Assembly (NCBI GenBank): GCA_050014495.1 | Contig: JBEKDF010000001.1 | Span: 96,001-160,000 of the forward strand | Reading direction: 5' to 3' | Source of the DNA: Candidatus Bathyarchaeia archaeon | GTDB lineage: Archaea; Thermoproteota; Bathyarchaeia; TCS64 | DNA length: 64,000 bases | In this document: piece by piece, positions 61,432 to 64,000 of the stretch | Layout: every line of letters starts with the position of its first letter | Position numbering within the stretch: position 1 is the stretch's first letter | The notes under the pieces: generated by a model | Databases searched by the model: none | Told to the model about the DNA's origin: nothing | What the model saw: the letters and a program-made list of their open reading frames with translations, nothing else | Position numbers and translations under genes: made by a program

Positions 61432-61509
61432 GCCCTGGTAGCTCAGCCTGGCTAGAGCGGCAGCCTTGTAAGCTGTAGGTCACGGGTCCAAATCCCGTCT
61501 AGGGCTCCA
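61432..61509 (+). tRNA. tRNA-Thr(TGT)
   Basis: GCCCTGG/CTAGGGC acceptor, GCAGC-CTTGTAA-GCTGT, T-loop TCCAAAT, CCA. Confidence 0.92.
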
Positions 61510-61514
61510 TACTC

Positions 61515-62123
61515 CTAAGTTAGTGTCATCTGCCTGCTTTTGGGCTGACGTTTCCCAGAGGGCAGCCTCGTTGATCTTGTGATCGGTGCTGGCTTTGATT
61601 CGCCTCTTATCCTGGGTTTTGCTTCTTCTGGCTTCTCGACTTTTACGGTAACTTTCTCCTTTCTCGTCTTCGGCTTCTCGACCTTAGTCGTTTTCCCAGC
61701 CTTGACAGGTTTTACCGCCTTAGCGGCACGCTTTCTTCGGGTTTTACCGACTTCATTGAGTTTCTCTGACTTCCTCCTCCGCTCCTTCTTCTCCGCTTTC
61801 TCATCTCTCGCCGCCACCTTCAGGGGGTTGATGAGCTCGGCCTTCTCCGGGTGGTTCATTGCGATATGCTTTTTGAGGCCTGACTCGCTGTTCATGATTT
61901 TGCCGCAGATTGGGCAAGGGATGCTAACGGCGACGAATTCGACATCCTTGCCTAGGTACTCGCGGCGGAACTTAGAGGAGAGACGCTCCGCCTCCTCGTA
62001 GCTGACCCTTCCATCTGTCTTTATGGCTATCCCAATCGTGATGTTGAAGGAGTCGTGCCTTTCGCTGTCCCTGGCTACTCCAATCTCCTTAACTGGGCCC
62101 TTCAGCTTGAGGTCGTCTGCCAC
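61515..62123 (-). CDS. C2H2 zinc-finger protein with long Lys/Arg-rich tail
   Basis: CPICGK......GL.KH...NH followed by K/R/P/V-rich low-complexity C-terminus. Confidence 0.7.
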   Translation of the reverse strand: MADDLKLKGPVKEIGVARDSERHDSFNITIGIAIKTDGRVSYEEAERLSSKFRREYLGKDVEFVAVSIPCPICGKIMNSESGLKKHIAMNHPEKAELINPLKVAARDEKAEKKERRRKSEKLNEVGKTRRKRAAKAVKPVKAGKTTKVEKPKTRKEKVTVKVEKPEEAKPRIRGESKPAPITRSTRLPSGKRQPKSRQMTLT

Positions 62124-62271
62124 CCTGTTCCCTTCAGAATACTTGCTCTGTGTACCTGAATCGTCTAAGTGCTTAAAAGCGTGTTCTTTCTTTTAGGACA
62201 GTCTCATCTATTAAAAATTCCTCGAGACAATCACAATTGATGGAAATGATTGTTAAAATAGGTTATATCAT

Positions 62272-63336
62272 TTATTTCTTGTACATACCGTACTTCCAGA
62301 TGGCTCTGCCAACAGCATTGTAGTTGGCAATGGGCATGTCTGAGAAAACTGTGCAGCCTGGGCTGAGCATGAATCCTCCACCCTCTGCGCAGTCTTCAAT
62401 GGCCTTCTTAGCAGCATTCTCGACCTGTTTCGGAGTCCCCTTTCTGAGGACTTCCTCATGGTCAAGTCCCCCGCAGATCGCGAACTTGTTTCCATAGATC
62501 TCCTTAGCCCGGCTAGTGGGGGTCCATGTGTGGCTGGCCCAATTAATTGCTGTGACTGGGTACTTTTTGAACCAGCCTGCTTCCATCAGTTTCTCGGGGT
62601 TGCCCTCTGGTGTGCTACAAATGTGCATGAATTTGATAGGACATTTTACTGCGTCGAGGACCTTCTTATCGTAGCCAAGGGCGAACTCCTCGAGTTGCTT
62701 CTGGTCGAGATCCTTCCAGATACGGCCTCCTCCGCCTATCCCGAAGAAGATGCCGGCAGCACCAGCGTCAACGCAAGCCTTAGCGAATTCTTTAGTGGTT
62801 TCAGTTATGGTCTCTAAGCCTTGCCTGAGTGTGTCAGGGTTCTGTTTCATGTCCTTGAGTACCTGCTCAGGGGTAGAGACGCCATTCATCGCTTGGATAA
62901 TAGGACTGGGTATAGTGTAGATGAAGGGTACCCTGCGAAGGTCGCGAGCCAGAATCTCGTTGCATCTCACGTACTCACGAAGCTCCTTCTTAGGATCGAG
63001 AACCCAAAGTTTCTCCCAGTCCTTCGTCTTCGTGACTGTAACCTCCTTCGTGGATGCATCCTCCTCGTTATTGACGAATTCGAACTTGCTCCCCCACTGA
63101 ATCGCCATGAAGCGATAGTAAGGAGTGACCTTCAGCATGTCCATGCTGTAGTCGAGCTCGCGTAGCAGGGCGATATGCGCTTTGGCGGACTCCTCGCCAT
63201 CGCGTGTACACTTCTCCCAACTGTAGCCATTGAGCCACTTGCAGGCGGGGAAATGGCCCCAGAGCGCCCATGGGACGCGGTCGGGGATCTTGCGTTGCAT
63301 TACTGCAAATACACGATCAAATCTCTCGGACTCCAT
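62272..63336 (-). CDS. Uroporphyrinogen decarboxylase / methylcobamide methyltransferase (MtaA-like) family protein
   Basis: PDRVP, GA.GIF, EF...YD, HIC, GGLD, G.P..V, LSPGC. Confidence 0.8.
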   Translation of the reverse strand: MESERFDRVFAVMQRKIPDRVPWALWGHFPACKWLNGYSWEKCTRDGEESAKAHIALLRELDYSMDMLKVTPYYRFMAIQWGSKFEFVNNEEDASTKEVTVTKTKDWEKLWVLDPKKELREYVRCNEILARDLRRVPFIYTIPSPIIQAMNGVSTPEQVLKDMKQNPDTLRQGLETITETTKEFAKACVDAGAAGIFFGIGGGGRIWKDLDQKQLEEFALGYDKKVLDAVKCPIKFMHICSTPEGNPEKLMEAGWFKKYPVTAINWASHTWTPTSRAKEIYGNKFAICGGLDHEEVLRKGTPKQVENAAKKAIEDCAEGGGFMLSPGCTVFSDMPIANYNAVGRAIWKYGMYKK

Positions 63337-63442
63337 CTCGGATCGTATGGGATAGGTTGCATGAATCATAAAAAGGCGTCCCCGGCTTGATAACCTCTAT
63401 AAATAACCTAAACATTGGCTTCATTATTATGTGGCATTTAAA

Positions 63443-64000
63443 ATGAAGTACAGAAGGTTCGGCAAGTTGGACTGGAAGCCCTCGGCTCTGGGCTTTGGCG
63501 CAATGAGGCTTCCTATACTTGATGGCGATGCGGGCAAGATTAACGAGCCCCTTGCCATCGAGATGATTAGGTACGCAATAAACAATGGCGTAAACTACAT
63601 GGACTCCGCTTATCCCTACCATAAAGAGCAGAGCGAGATAATCGTTGGCAAAGCGCTGAGGGATGGTTATAGAGAAAGAGTCAAGCTAGCTACGAAGATG
63701 CCCTGCTGGCTCGTAAACACGGCAGACGACTTCGACAAGTACTTTAACGAGCAGCTGAGGAAGTTGCAAACGAATAAGGTCGATTTTTACCTCCTCCACG
63801 GCCTGGGTAAGAAGAGTTGGCCAAAAGTGCAGGACCTCGGTGTTCTCAAGTGGGCTGAAAAGAAGCTTGACGAAGGCAAGATTGGTTACTTAGGGTTCAG
63901 CTTCCACGATGAGCTTCCCTCCTTCAAGGAGATAGTAGACGCCCACGAATGGACCTTCTGCCAAATTCAGTACAATTATATGGATACTAATTATCAAGCG
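63443..64000 (+). CDS. Aldo/keto reductase (3' truncated by window)
   Basis: MKYRRFG...SALGFGAMRLP, G.NY.DSAYPYH...SE, ATKMP, DFYLLH, GFSFH. Confidence 0.9.
   Translation, partial: MKYRRFGKLDWKPSALGFGAMRLPILDGDAGKINEPLAIEMIRYAINNGVNYMDSAYPYHKEQSEIIVGKALRDGYRERVKLATKMPCWLVNTADDFDKYFNEQLRKLQTNKVDFYLLHGLGKKSWPKVQDLGVLKWAEKKLDEGKIGYLGFSFHDELPSFKEIVDAHEWTFCQIQYNYMDTNYQA

Overview
This is an archaeal chromosome segment, most consistent with Bathyarchaeia/TACK. The inference rests on unsplit RpoA and RpoB, aIF-2, GINS/PriS/PriL, Nop10, and a tRNA intron with a bulge-helix-bulge (BHB) motif. Most of the window is core genome: glmM/glmU, translation factors, ribosomal proteins, CDC48-Hsp20, a Liv-type ABC transporter, the primase cluster, RNA polymerase, hppA, thiL and five tRNAs. 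The standout is a ~6.8 kb island with AT-rich ends (50010-56849) bounded by an exact 19-bp direct repeat and lacking an integrase. It carries a wHTH-PD-(D/E)xK nuclease operon with two HTH genes, a UDG-fold protein, and an HNH nuclease preceded by an unannotated basic microprotein. It also carries an interrupted cyclophilin-pilin-like fusion and three copies of a ~30-bp palindromic TTTGGGG-ATAAGGCTATGG-CCCCAAA motif that partition it into modules. Other observations include phased hexamer repeats beside a tRNA-Leu-linked ORFan, two in-frame stop codons, TCC T-loops in both tRNA-Thr genes, and several unannotated microproteins. Protein calls are from motif recognition only; no database searches were run.
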